Assembly: GCA_964016885.1 (NCBI GenBank)
Contig: OZ024741.1
Location: 96,906,001 to 96,970,000, forward strand
Reading direction: 5' to 3'
Length of the DNA stretch: 64,000 nt
Origin: Eledone cirrhosa
Lineage: Eukaryota
Position numbers and translations under genes: made by a program. The notes under the pieces were generated by a model. That model was not told where the DNA came from. It ran no database searches and saw nothing but the letters and a program-made list of their open reading frames with translations. Below are positions 25,925 to 39,349 of this stretch, in pieces. Position 1 is the first letter of the stretch. Each line of letters opens with the position of its first letter.

Positions 25925-26045
25925 TTTTCCTTACCTAGGACAAAAGTCCCGGGAACGGCAAAATATATTGCCATCTGCCAGCTAGCACAGGATCGAATGG
26001 GGCCGTAAACTTGACCTATGCATGAACCAGCCCTTAGTAGAAGCA

Positions 26046-26090
<45 letters not shown>

Positions 26091-26556
26091 AAACGTACCG
26101 CACATCTGGAAATCACTTTAGTTTCGGTGAACTAAGGTTGTGCTATTCATTCCAGTGCCCACTGGAGTGCAATAAAACAGCGAGACAGAGGACAAGTTGC
26201 GACTTTGTGTGAATTACACAAATAAAGACAAAACATAATGACAAATATTGCTACAAACCAATAGGTGTCGACCGTAAAGGAAGGGACAGAAATGCGTGGA
26301 ATGGCTGCTTAACCAGAAGAAAAAAAATAGAAAGTAGAAAAGTAGACAAACATGTTTTGATTACAGTCATACATACGAAGACAAAGAAGAATAGCAGAGA
26401 GGTGGTGGGAGAGAAAGACAAGAGGAAGATAAATATTGGACTGTGTAAAGTCTATTTTTGATAGGGTTTAGAAGAGAGCCTGCGTGGCTAAGAATTTCGA
26501 ATACGCATAGAACATATATACATAGTAATTGTGTGCAGAGTAATTGTGTGCATTTC

Positions 26557-26598
<42 letters not shown>

Positions 26599-28479
26599 TG
26601 CATGCACGTATGTACAGCAAGGTGAAAGCGCGTCACAGAGTGTTTAGGTTGCTTAGCCTTTGAAGAAAACACTTTAATACATTAATTCACGTCGCGTAGA
26701 CGAAAATGGGTCTCTGAGAACTACGTTGACAGTGCACATGCTTGTGGAATACTAACCTATTTACAGTATCATGAGGTTTTGTTGATTGAATCAATCAGAG
26801 CACAAAATAAAACATGTAACTGGGCATTACATCACTTTCTAAAAGGAAATCTCAGCTCCAGTAAATACATTTTCGAGCTATTCACTAAATGCTATCTAGC
26901 CGCGGAATCATATTCTTCCGCCTTCTTTGAATGTAATTCTACAGCTGGTGCCACGCATGTTCACGATGATCGCAGTTGTTGGACGACATACTCACCTCAC
27001 ATAAGCTGTATAAGTTCCTCCATAGGGAGAAACTACTTCCTTGATCTCATATTGAAAAGTATGTAATATAATTCACGAGCCTAATGTAACTGGATATCAG
27101 CCCATTAAAAGTTCAATGTCCTATAGGAATTTTAGGACACAGAAAATTGCGCATCACTTCGAATGTTCAATGATAACAATGAAGAAAAAAACTGTTGCAT
27201 CAGCCTCAATATCTAGGGCTTAAATATAAAACTACGTACGTCAATGTTGCCTGCAAATTACACTCTGAATGCGAATAAACATCTATATAATTCGGCAGTA
27301 CACTTTCTACAAATAATGGCCTGAATGCGTAGATGAATGCCTGCATCCAGTCTGATTCGATCACTTACGGAAAGTTCAACATCAGACTGGGTAACAAATG
27401 ACATGGTATAAAACTGGCAATGGATTGAAAAAATTACTGATGCAGAACTGATGATCTGCGGGTTGCGTGATCTCTGATCTATAATGATTATATCTCTACC
27501 TAGCATACATGGGGTTTTCCCCTGCTAAAATCACGGCTGAAATGGGGTGTGGCCGTGATTAGTACAAACAACATGAGTATCTTTCCAACTGTGCTTGACA
27601 GCGAGCTGTATTACCAAAAAAGCTGAAGAAATTTGCTTAAAACTCCGTTATAGCGTTTACATAGAATGACATTTCAATGAAGAATCCTGGTGGTTGCCAA
27701 CGTATATGACAAGACTGCGAAAAGTTTCAGAGAGCAATAAATTAACGGTAAAATTTGGAGGAAATAGAATATAGTGAAGCAAATATTAAAACTATAAATC
27801 TATGAAATACATTATGTACGTCTATTGAAATAATCCACAGACTCTGAGAGATTACTCAGCGCTCCCAGAAGCACCCTGTGTACATCTGGAAATGCTGTTG
27901 TGATCGGACTTAGGAGATCAGCAACGTATTTTCTCCACCTCGCGTGGATACACCACTCTGAAGAGTGAACACCAGACACGTTCACGGCGGAGCTGCTCTG
28001 CTAGAGAGCGGGTCGCAATTGGCAGACAGCGATACTGCCAACAGATATGATGGCTAGTTGCGATATAAGCAGACGCTGGTTCACGAATAAGCAGCTGGGA
28101 ACAACAGCGGTAAAATACTAGTAAAGATGAAGCAATTGGTGACACTTGTAGCTACCAAGAAAACTCCCATAATACAGTACCTAGCAACGACGAGGCAAAT
28201 AAACGCCGTCTCTAAAAAAGCCTAGTCATTGCAGGTTTGTCAGAGTACCAGATTGCTGACTGTAACGAGTAAGATCACACAAACTGAAACTTCAATATGA
28301 TGAGGGAAAAAAAGAAGAATCATACCGCATCACCCTTATCGTGGTTAACAAGGGACACGTAGTGGCCTTAGGTAGAGGTGCATGTTCAAAAAATATATTG
28401 GTCTCCATTTCATACTGCAAAATGTAGAGATGGGCTTGCGACATGTCTGGGAGGCGTGGGATGAACGCACAAAGATTGC

Positions 28480-29660
28480 GTATCTCAAAACAACAAAGAG
28501 ACAGCAAAATTCGCCAGTTGGAACCTCGATCACCACAACCATTACAGGTAAGGAGCAGGAATCAGTGGATGAGGCTAGATGTTACCGATTAGATATACTC
28601 GGGTATCCACAACAAAGATACGTGGCTCTGATACTGTAGATTTGGATGGAGAATGGAAACATCACTATTCAGGTGCAGCTTCAGAAATGACTGGAAAGGT
28701 GATAGTGGAGATACGTACAAACCCTCGTTTGTCAGAATATGTTATGGAGTGGAACAAATTAGGGGGGAGGATTTGCCTCTTGAATCTAAGGCTGAAACAG
28801 TTTTCTGTGGGTGGTGCAAGTTTATGCACCAAATACAGGTCTTCGTTGATGGAGTCACTGCAGCGTTAGATGTAGTTAAGACTGATTCATATATCCTGAT
28901 TGTAGACTTCAATGCAGATGTAGGCACTGATATCTGCTATTGAAAGGAGTGATTGGAAGGAATGGCGACCCGATCTAAATATTAATGGAGAGGTCTTACC
29001 AGACTCTTTATGATATCAATAATTGATTTTTTTATTGTCTCTTCGATTCCGTGCTGGATATTCATGTTCAGATAGGGGCTGAGCTGTCAGCTGATCACTG
29101 TCTAGTTATCTGCAACTTGAATTTACCTAATGCCAAAGAATCCCACAAAACTGGCAAGTCCAGGGCGATCTACAGGGAACAAAATGGGGAATAATTAGTG
29201 GATAAGAAGTCAGGACCGAGTATGCAGATGCTATTGTATCCACATTCAGAGAACCCTCTGTCAAACCGAGGAGATTGAGTCAGAATGGAGAATGTTTAGC
29301 GCAGCATTTTCGGCTTCATTTGTTAAATGCTACTGGCTAAAAATGCTTGGTGTAGCGCCGGATGGCAGGAGGTCCCTTTAGTTCAATCAAGAGGTTAAAT
29401 ATGCCATCCGAGCAAAGAAGGGTACATATAAATCTTGACTTGGAAATATGTCTTCCTTCTTGCACTTGCGATACAAGCAGGCACAACGACTCGTTACAGA
29501 GACAGTAAAAGCGTCCAAAGGGAAGATATGGGAGGACTTTGGGGTTAAACTGGAATCCGACTTCAGCTCACCCAATAAGGTGTTTTGGCAGACCATCCGC
29601 CGATTTCGTAATAAGAAGCACTCCTCCACACCTGCTAACGAGAAGGCGTCCAAAGGAAAA
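28480..29660 (+). mobile_element. Degraded RTE-clade LINE (endonuclease and linker)
   Basis: Fragments LDILG, YILIVDFNADVG, GAELSADHCLV, WEDFGVKLESDF..NKVFWQTIRR; many stops and frameshifts. Confidence 0.7.
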
Positions 29661-30002
29661 TGAAGCGCAGAAATAACTTTCATAAACTGATGATGATTGA
29701 GGATGCGTTTGAGATTTTTAGCATTATAGTTCATTGTACGCTGTCAATGATGGTATATTTAGTTTTAGTGTTTCTTTTTTCTTGAAGTCTTTAGTTGCTA
29801 GTTTCTTGTTTGAAACATTTATTGAATGGATTCGTTGGTAACATAAATTACACTACCATGTTGTACCATATGATGTAACCATCCTTTACTTTGGTCAATC
29901 ATGCTGATTGCATAGTAGTCAGAAACGCTATTTATTCTGGTTCTTTACGTTTTGAGTTCAAATATCGGCGAGGTCAATTTTGTATCTTATACTTTCATTG
30001 TA

Positions 30003-30150
30003 AATAATTGTTTCTACTTTTGGCACAAGGCGAGCAATTATCCCAGTGCATCAGTGGTAATTTATTTTATAGACCCCGTAAGGATGAAAGGCAAAGTAAA
30101 CCTCGGTGGGATTTGAAATCAAAACGTAAAGAACCAGAATAAATAGCGTT
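30003..30150 (-). mobile_element. SINE copy (facing a degraded plus-strand copy at about 29915-29995)
   Basis: Homologous to the SINE at 49470-49657. Confidence 0.8.
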
Positions 30151-31395
30151 TCTGACATCTACGAAAGCAGCATGATTGACCAAAGTACGGGATGGTTACA
30201 TCATATGGTACAACATGGTAGAAGCATTTACATTATCAACATATCCATAATAATAATATATAGTACTACTAATAGATAGTACTAATCATGTACAATTTAG
30301 CCACTTTAATCGATACTCCCTACCTTCCAAAATGGTTGGACTTGTGCCTACATTAGAACCCTCTAATAAAGCTTTTAAATAGATCGCTCCTTTTATGATT
30401 AAGGACTATTTGGGTGATTTCTTGTCTGAAAGGTGTAGAAATTACATCATTGTCTAAAAAGAGACATTGCTTTAACCGCAGTACTAACTTTATAAATTAA
30501 AGACTTCGAGCGAGAGTAATGAACTTTGATGTATTAGTGATTACAACTTCGCTGCTATGATTGGAATTTGTTTTGTTCTATTAATTCTATTTATTTCTGA
30601 AAATAAATAAAATAAAATTAGATACAAATAAGAAGTAATAAGAAGATACGTTTCATATTTCTTGCTCAAATATAGAGAATTACTTAAATATCCAATGCAT
30701 TTGATGTGAAAGAAAAAAAAAATCCTCATCTTTTTATAGGTTAAATGTCTGAAATGAAATGGAATGATTATCGATTTGATGTGATTACTTTTTGTTTCGG
30801 GTGGCTTGGTTAAGAAGGGGAAGCTCACAGCAAACTCGCATTAACGAACATCAAACAGGAAAGAATCAATATCCCTTACATGGCCCACATTCACACAGAC
30901 ACACACATATGCTCATATAATATTAACAGACTATTAAAATTAATCATTTAAAAGAGTGATTGTAATGAAATTAAATTTAATTTTGAAACCTGAAATCATT
31001 TGAAATCATTTAAATTAATTGAATATTTCAGAATTAATAAAGTCAAAATATTTGAATAATTTTTATTAATAAACTATTCCTATTTTCATTATTTCCATTA
31101 CTTCAGTAATATTCATGACGATAACACACGCGAATGTCATTTCCCCTCATAGCAGCTTCCTAGCAAAGAAAAAATAATGATTGTATAAATACGTCCTCAC
31201 ATACACACATTCACACATAATTTAATGTGTACATACATTAACATACACTTATTAAAATATAGATATGATTACTTTTATACATTTATTAAGTAACAAACTT
31301 ACATTAATAATACATTTATGCCCAGTCGTGAACTGTGTAGCATTATAAAATATTGTTTTAATTGCCATAATTGTTAAAATGGCGAAGTGTTTGTG

Positions 31396-31477
31396 ATTCC
31401 ATCTTCACATCAAGTTCCGAAGGCACCATCGTATATATATACGATGGTGCCTTCGGAACTTGATGTGAAGATGGAAT
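31396..31477. repeat. 82-bp perfect palindrome centred on a short (TA) run
   Basis: attccatcttcacatcaagttccgaaggcaccatcg-tatatatata-cgatggtgccttcggaacttgatgtgaagatggaat. Confidence 0.9.
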
Positions 31478-31479
31478 TT

Positions 31480-31666
<187 letters not shown>

Positions 31667-32215
31667 TCACGTACGTATATATTTATACATAAAAGTGAGA
31701 AATCTCATCGCTAGAACAAGCGTTAAAACGGTTAAATGCTGTCAAAGACGGTGATGTGCAAAAATGCCTGAGAGGACAGAGACAAGCGCCCAGTGGTCAA
31801 CAGAAAGATAATATGCCAGGTGTGCGACAAGCAGACGAAACAGAAATGATTGAAAGATGAGTAAGACAAGGAAAAGTGTGTTGGCGCATAGAAGTGACTG
31901 GAAGATGGAAATAAAGAAAGTAATGTAGAAGACAAGTTTACACAAACACATCTTCTAATACACTTTCGCTTCGTCTCGATCAGAGACAACATTGTTTTTT
32001 TATTTAACTTTATCATAGGTGTCATTAGTTCTAACCCATTAGTTTCTTTTCCTTGTTTTCTTTCGTCCTTCTATTTGTGCTCTTTGTTTTAGCACACACA
32101 TCATACTAGCAGAAATATTTATTTTTCTCTTCCGTCAGCCAGCATTTGGGAATGGTACATTCAATATATATATGTATGTACTTATATATGCACATATGAA
32201 TATACGCATGTATGT

Positions 32216-32299
<84 letters not shown>

Positions 32300-32563
32300 A
32301 AAAGTACAGCATATTGGAAGTTCGAGTAGCAGCTAAGCTAACGAATGCGTTCAGCAGTGCTGCCAAGCACTCGACAAGGTATAGACCTCAGAGTAATAAC
32401 ATACAGTTCAAATGGCTTTGAAAATAACATACAATTGAAAATACCGACCGCTAATTCAGCTGCGTGATCTGTAGCAACGAAAGAACTGACTAGTGAGAAA
32501 AGAATACACACACACATACACACACATACACACACATACACACACATACATGCATACACACAT

Positions 32564-32644
<81 letters not shown>

Positions 32645-32647
<3 letters not shown>

Positions 32648-33100
32648 CGTTTCTCAATTTGTTTAGCAAGATTCTTTATCTGAAATCGTGTGTTGAAACC
32701 GAAATTATTATACTTTGGGAGGGTCATGTTGCCAATAAGAAACACACGCACCAGTTGCTTTCACTTCAATTTATTATAATAAATTTATAATAAATTTATA
32801 AATTTATAAATTTCTGGTTGGTTGGTTGGTTCCACAACAAGATAGTTGTTTATATATTGTCATAGTTCTTTCGTCACACACTCTGTGACCTCTTCAGTGA
32901 CTGGGGATTCCTTTCTTTGTTTCTGTGCCTCTCCTTTGTTCTGTCCTACGCCATTTTGTTTCTGTGTATGTGTTGTGTGCTCAGTCTGCGCATGCGCCAC
33001 ATCCGGGTGTCCGTGTGTGTTCATTTATTTATTTGTTTATTTACATGTTACTGGTGCGTGTGTTTCTTATTGGCAACATGACCCTCCCAAAGTATAACAA
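32645..33100 (-). mobile_element. Solo Penelope-like pseudo-LTR fragment with inverted 3'-end copy
   Basis: Homologous to the 3' region of the PLE at 47640-48118 (GCGCATGCGC, ATGGCGTAG, hammerhead, ATGACCCTCCC.AAGTATAA end). Inverted arms about 32708-32756 and 33049-33097. Confidence 0.75.
32859..32901 (-). ncRNA. Minimal type I hammerhead ribozyme
   Basis: gtca-CTGAAGA-g-gtcaca gagtg tgtgac-GAAA-gaac-TA-tgac. Confidence 0.8.
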
Positions 33101-34679
33101 TATATATATATACATATATATATATACATATACATACGTATATGCACACATCTCTATATATAACATATCTGGACCGAACTTCGAAATTATTGAATATCTG
33201 AGTGAGGTTTCTGTAAATCTGAAATCAACAAAATCTGCTTGTGGTATATACAAGTTAGGTTTCTGATATATATTATTAACATTATATTTAATAACATTGT
33301 GTAAGATAACTGGAATCTAACAGATATTTTCAGAATTAAATTTCTTCGTAGATTGTGGGCTATTATTGTGAAGACACTGACTCAGCGCGTATATATAAGC
33401 AGCCATATCGTCCATTAGCATCACTTCAAAAATCTACACAACTAAAAAAAAAGAGTTATGGCGATTCCATATATTACTTTTCAACTCAAACCATATAAAG
33501 ACAGAAATCAGCTATACATTAAAATAAATTCTTACTTTTGTCGAAGAAAGTTTACTCTGAAGTTGCTTTAGCTCGGAATTAATGTGTTGATTGAGAATAC
33601 AGCTTAAACATTAATTAATATTTAAATACACCTTTCAAAACAGTTTATTCATTATTTCATTGATTATTTTCCTAGTATGACATTATAATTCCCCTTTATT
33701 ATTTATTCTTTCTTCGGGTTGATAGATTGAACGAAACAAGACTGTAATAATTCTGAGAAGTACTGGCATATGGAACATAAGAATAAAAATAAATATTGAA
33801 AGACTATACATTCTAATAGAAATATACGAGTAAAAGTTGTTGGAAGATCTGTTTTGTTTTCCTTTTGATGGATATATTTATGTAGGGAGTGACAACAAGA
33901 TAAGTAACGTCTGTGTGTTTGCATATGTGGGCGATGAAAATAAAGAAAATACACATATATTCATAGCAAGCAGAAAAAAAAATGAAAAGAAAAGGTGATA
34001 AGATTAATGACAGAAATAAATTATGATAGTGAGAAACGTAGCGTTATATTCTGTTAGACAGTTGCACGAAGAGACAAACACATTCATACAGGCACACAGA
34101 CACAGAACCCAACACACACATACATACGCAACGCGCGCACAAAACACACACACACACATATATATAAATACATATTTCATGAAGATTATGAACAAATTTA
34201 AGACATTTTAGTTGTCATACATATGTTTCAAAAAGAGGTAACTATCATATGGTAAAACATTCGCTTAAGTTGTATATTGAAATAAACCAATATACTAAAG
34301 CAGCGAATCGATTTATTTAACATGACACCTAATTTCACATCACTAATATATGCAATTACATGAGCGCGCGTGTGTTTCTATAAGTCTTCATCATTGCGAG
34401 TATATATATATTTACCTATGTACATAAATATTACTCTAAAGTCTATGGATATACCATTTAGGAAGCAAGAATAATGTTTAAAGAAGATTTTATCTGACAA
34501 GAAATATTGTGTAACTCAAATATACTTATTAATTACTCTTTACACCCCTTTGTGTTTGCAATTCTTCGTGGGATAAACATGGAAATTACAAACACGTACA
34601 GATGCAATCTCTTACCCAATATCTTCTGTCTCTCTTCCCCCTCTCTATCTCTCTCTGTTTCTCTCTCTCTCTCTCTGTT

Positions 34680-34710
<31 letters not shown>

Positions 34711-35283
34711 TACTAGTTATATCTGAAATCACATATTCTTCTGCTTATTAAACCATATTTAAGGAAAGTAACATTTACATAGTATTATAGTTATACTGCC
34801 CGAGGCTCAACAGCTCTGGTAGAAGCTGAGTAATCTATTAAAACGCAGAAAAATACACTATTACGCAACACCATTGCAAAACGCCAACCACTGTGAAAAA
34901 CGCAGCTACATATAACATATCTTTTTTCCATTTTGCTGTCGAAATGCTTTAAGCATGATGACCTTACATTCTATCGTATAACATCACAGACGAACAAACA
35001 GGCATATATATGTATATAAATACATATTTATATACATATATATAGGAGAATAATAAGAATGGATGTGACGATCCTTCATTACCCAAATTGAAAAGGCTCA
35101 ATGTATTAATCGTTTGTGGAAGAATATAGAGCATAATAATCAAACCGAAGATGATACTTCAAATCGTCTTATCAACGTCTTCGCATATTTCAGTTTTAAT
35201 GTTAACAAGTAACACTAACATATACTCAGCACATCAATGTAGGATCTGGAGTATCTGTAGGATCTGAGTATATATATATATAT

Positions 35284-35350
<67 letters not shown>

Positions 35351-35361
35351 TACATACATAT

Positions 35362-35431
<70 letters not shown>

Positions 35432-35435
<4 letters not shown>

Positions 35436-35787
35436 ATAATAATAAATTTGAAGACTAAAATCCAAAGAGAGCTCGATAAGGATAAATATATATCAAATAT
35501 ATAAGAACCGTAGAGCAAATATTTATTAAAATAACAGATTAAAGTTTAAGCAATGGAATGATTATCGATTTGATGTGATTACTTTTTGTTTCGGGTGGCT
35601 TGGTTAAGAAGGAGAAGCTCACAGCAAACTCGCATTAACGAACATCAAACAGGAAAGAATCAATATCCCTTACATGGCCCACATTCACACAGACACACAC
35701 ATATGCTCATATAATATTAGGGGAAGCTCAAATATATTTATCCTTATCGAGCCCTCTTTGTATTTTAGTCTTCAAATTTATTATTAT

Positions 35788-35825
<38 letters not shown>

Positions 35826-35954
35826 TAAAATAACAGATTAAAGTTTAAGCAAAGAATCGGTGCTTTCACCCTTAACGGGATCTTCTGAGTATCAGAAGAT
35901 CCCGTTAAGGGTGAAAGCAGCGATTCTTTGCTTAAACTTTAATCTGTTATCTTA

Positions 35955-36020
<66 letters not shown>

Positions 36021-36240
36021 ATAATAATAAATTTGAAGACTAAAATACAAAGAGGGCTCGATAAGGATAAATATATTTCAGATATATAAGAACCGTAGAG
36101 CAAATATTTATTAAAATAACAGATTAAAGTTTAAGCAAAGAATCGGTGCTTTCACCCTTAACGGGATCTTCTGAGTATCAGAAGATCCCGTTAAGGGTGA
36201 AAGCAGCGATTCTTTGCTTAAACTTTAATCTGTTATTTTA

Positions 36241-36271
<31 letters not shown>

Positions 36272-36476
36272 GTAATAATAATAAATTTGAAGACTAAAAT
36301 ACAAAGAGGGCTCGATAAGGATAAATATATTTCAGATATATAAGAACCGTAGAGCAAATATTTATTAAAATAACAGATTAAAGTTTAAGCAAAGAATCGC
36401 TGCTTTCACCCTTATCAGGATCTTCTGAAATTAAAAAAAATCAATATGTGAACGCAGAAGTAAATATTAAAAAAAA
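35432..36476. mobile_element. Cluster of short (TA)n-embedded repeat copies in alternating orientation with hammerhead-like CAGAAGA...GAAA motif
   Basis: Copies at 35432-35552, 35731-35791, 35819-35961, 36017-36249 and 36271-36476; another copy at about 48250-48340. Confidence 0.8.
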
Positions 36477-36477
36477 C

Positions 36478-36719
<242 letters not shown>

Positions 36720-36752
36720 AAAGTGTAATTTTCTACACAAAACGAAGGTTAT

Positions 36753-36990
36753 AGAGAAAATTGAGGTTGGTAATGGCACATGGAATATATAAGAGACAGA
36801 ACACCCCCCGTCACATGTACGTGGTGCTGGTTCAAAGTCCCAGGTGCGAGAGAGAGATTTTCTTCAAATCTAACCGCGAAGATTTGAAGAAAATCTCTCT
36901 CTCGCACCTGGGACTTTGAACCAGCAACACGTACGTGTGACGGGGGGTGTTCTGTCTCTTATATATTCCATGTGCCATTACCAACCTCAA

Positions 36991-36998
<8 letters not shown>
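36753..36998. repeat. Near-perfect inverted repeat, 119-bp arms, 8-nt loop, between microsatellites
   Basis: Arms 36753-36871 and 36880-36998. Confidence 0.9.
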
Positions 36999-37082
<84 letters not shown>

Positions 37083-37171
37083 ATATATATGTATCGCAGA
37101 AAAAAAGAGAATCAGTGATGCGAGGAATGGAATTTATTGGACATATTACAATCGTAGAATCGTAGAATCAA

Positions 37172-37267
37172 GACGTATCTGAGGACGTTGCGATTTTCAG
37201 AGTCAGTTTCGATCATCACATCGACCGTGCCTCGAGCTGGTCGCCAGAGAAACGATTGTAATATGTC
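37172..37267 (+). ncRNA. Type I hammerhead ribozyme with extended, partly degenerate stem II
   Basis: gacgtat-CTGAGGA-[..gcgatt...ggtcgc..]-GAAA-cgattg-TA-atatgtc. Confidence 0.65.
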
Positions 37268-37545
37268 CAATAAATTCCATTCGTCGCAACACTGATTCTC
37301 TTTTTTTCTGTGATATCATACTCTAATCTATGAGACCATCGAGTACTCATGCGGCCTACCGCATACGGACGCTTTAAGCATCCAACACCAATTATATATA
37401 TATACAGAAATATATATATATATATGACATATGACTCCAGTTCCCCAGTGAATTAACAACCCAACAAGGAACTGGGCATATCATAGTATTGACAATATCA
37501 TACACCTAAACAACATATGTACTTGTCTATACCATACTAATTCAA

Positions 37546-37600
37546 ACTGCCTGAAGAGGTCACAGCCAAAGATGGCTGTCACTGAAATATATATAGCAGT
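37546..37600 (+). ncRNA. Type I hammerhead ribozyme followed by AATAAA
   Basis: actgc-CTGAAGA-ggtcacagcc aaagat ggctgtcact-GAAA-tatata-TA-gcagt-aataaa. Confidence 0.85.
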
Positions 37601-37644
37601 AATAAACGAAGCTAAATTTTAATCATTTGACTTTTATTTAACTT

Positions 37645-37818
<174 letters not shown>

Positions 37819-38009
37819 TATATACAGATTAGAGCAAACATCACGGGCGCTCTATCTCAAAATTATTTTTGAAAAGCATTAGAAATGCGCAACCCGTAAA
37901 ACTTAAAACCAAACCTGAATACTAACCAATACTATTACTAATTTTTACTTATTCCTAATTAAACTATTTTTCACTGGGAACAATTTGTCAGCATTTTCTT
38001 TTCCTTTTA

Positions 38010-38071
<62 letters not shown>

Positions 38072-38271
38072 CAAGTAAGACCCCGACGGCTGAGCTCAAG
38101 CCGTTTTGAGGGCTAATTCTGGACGGCTAATTCATTCCAGAATTAGCCGTCGAAACGGCTTGAGCTCAGCCGTCGGGGTCTTACTTGTTCCTATTACCCA
38201 CTCTACTACCCTAAGTATTGAGTACTTTGGTGCGTTATGGTCCACCTGGTTCCTTACCACTTTTCCTTCGT

Positions 38272-38302
<31 letters not shown>

Positions 38303-38631
38303 GTGTGTGTGCTATATAGCAACTGAACACACTACTGCATTTTCTCAAAAAAATACTTTGACCTCTTCTCACTACCCTCCATCTCTCTATTCTATCTTCT
38401 GATGAATGACTTGCGTATAAAAATGTAAACCCATTTTCCTACTGTATGAAGCGTTAAACTAATATATCTATATATCTTCATTTTTCTGTATCGTTCAAAT
38501 AGTCAAACTTGCACTCACACTTACAAATACCCACAATCTCTATCTCTCTTTTTCTTTCAGTTTCACAAACACACACACCCACACATACATACCCCCCCCC
38601 CCACACACACATACACACACACACATACACA

Positions 38632-38730
<99 letters not shown>

Positions 38731-39144
38731 TTTCAGAGAGTGGGGAGGGATAGAGAGAAGGTAACACTGAAAGGCTGAACATTTTAAGAAATAATAGTTA
38801 TGTATAATGAATGCAAATTCGATGTTCCGTGGTTAATAACAAAAGTATGAAAGTGAAACAGAGATTATATACAGATATAGACAGGAAATGGAAATTTACG
38901 TATATCTCTTTCCATTGCGTAATTTATTCAGAAAACGCAATTTGTTGATATTTGCTGAGTAAACATGGTTTTTATTTCTTATTTTTCATTTTACACTTTG
39001 TATGAGGTATTTTATTTTGTACAGTAAACGAAACTATGGCTACCTCAATGAAGCGGAACCAGACGAAATGAATTGTTGGTTTTGGTTGACCGACTAAATA
39101 CGTTTCTACGTTCCTTGTAACAAACATCTGCATTATGTAATATT

Positions 39145-39340
39145 AATAGTAAGGTTTTCTGATTTAGGCACAACGCCAACACTTTGAGGAGAGGGGAAGT
39201 CAGATAGCTAGACCCAGTGCCTTATTGTTATTCTATTTTATTGACCCGGTAAGGATGAAAAGTAAAATTAGTATCACAGGGACATAACTAAGTGCCTCGA
39301 AGCATTCTGCCCGCCATTCTATTGGTACTGCAATTCCAAC
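39145..39340 (-). mobile_element. Degraded SINE copy adjoining a Tx1 3' tail
   Basis: TTAGGCACAA, CCCAGTGC, TTTATTGACCC..AAGGATGAAA homology. Confidence 0.6.
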
Positions 39341-39349
39341 ATTTATTGA

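Larger units (their letters stand above)
25272..26043 (-). mobile_element. Non-coding 485-bp-period tandem element (about 1.6 units) with a hammerhead per unit, embedded in (TA)n; retrozyme-like
   Basis: Direct repeats 25272-25558 and 25757-26043. (TA)n on both sides. Hammerhead motif in each repeat. Confidence 0.75.

Noticed and set aside
26990-27050. Possible minus-strand host exon ending in GAG|gtgagt
   Set aside because: Weak acceptor, no recognisable peptide, no partner exons
27900-28480. HDV-like ribozyme expected at an RTE 5' end
   Set aside because: Could not build the nested double pseudoknot by eye in this degraded sequence
33190-33235. CTGAGTGA...GAAA hammerhead-like string
   Set aside because: No convincing stem I or III
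35432-36476. Repeat-spacer appearance suggesting a CRISPR-like array
   Set aside because: Eukaryotic context, long units in mixed orientation separated by (TA)n, no cas genes
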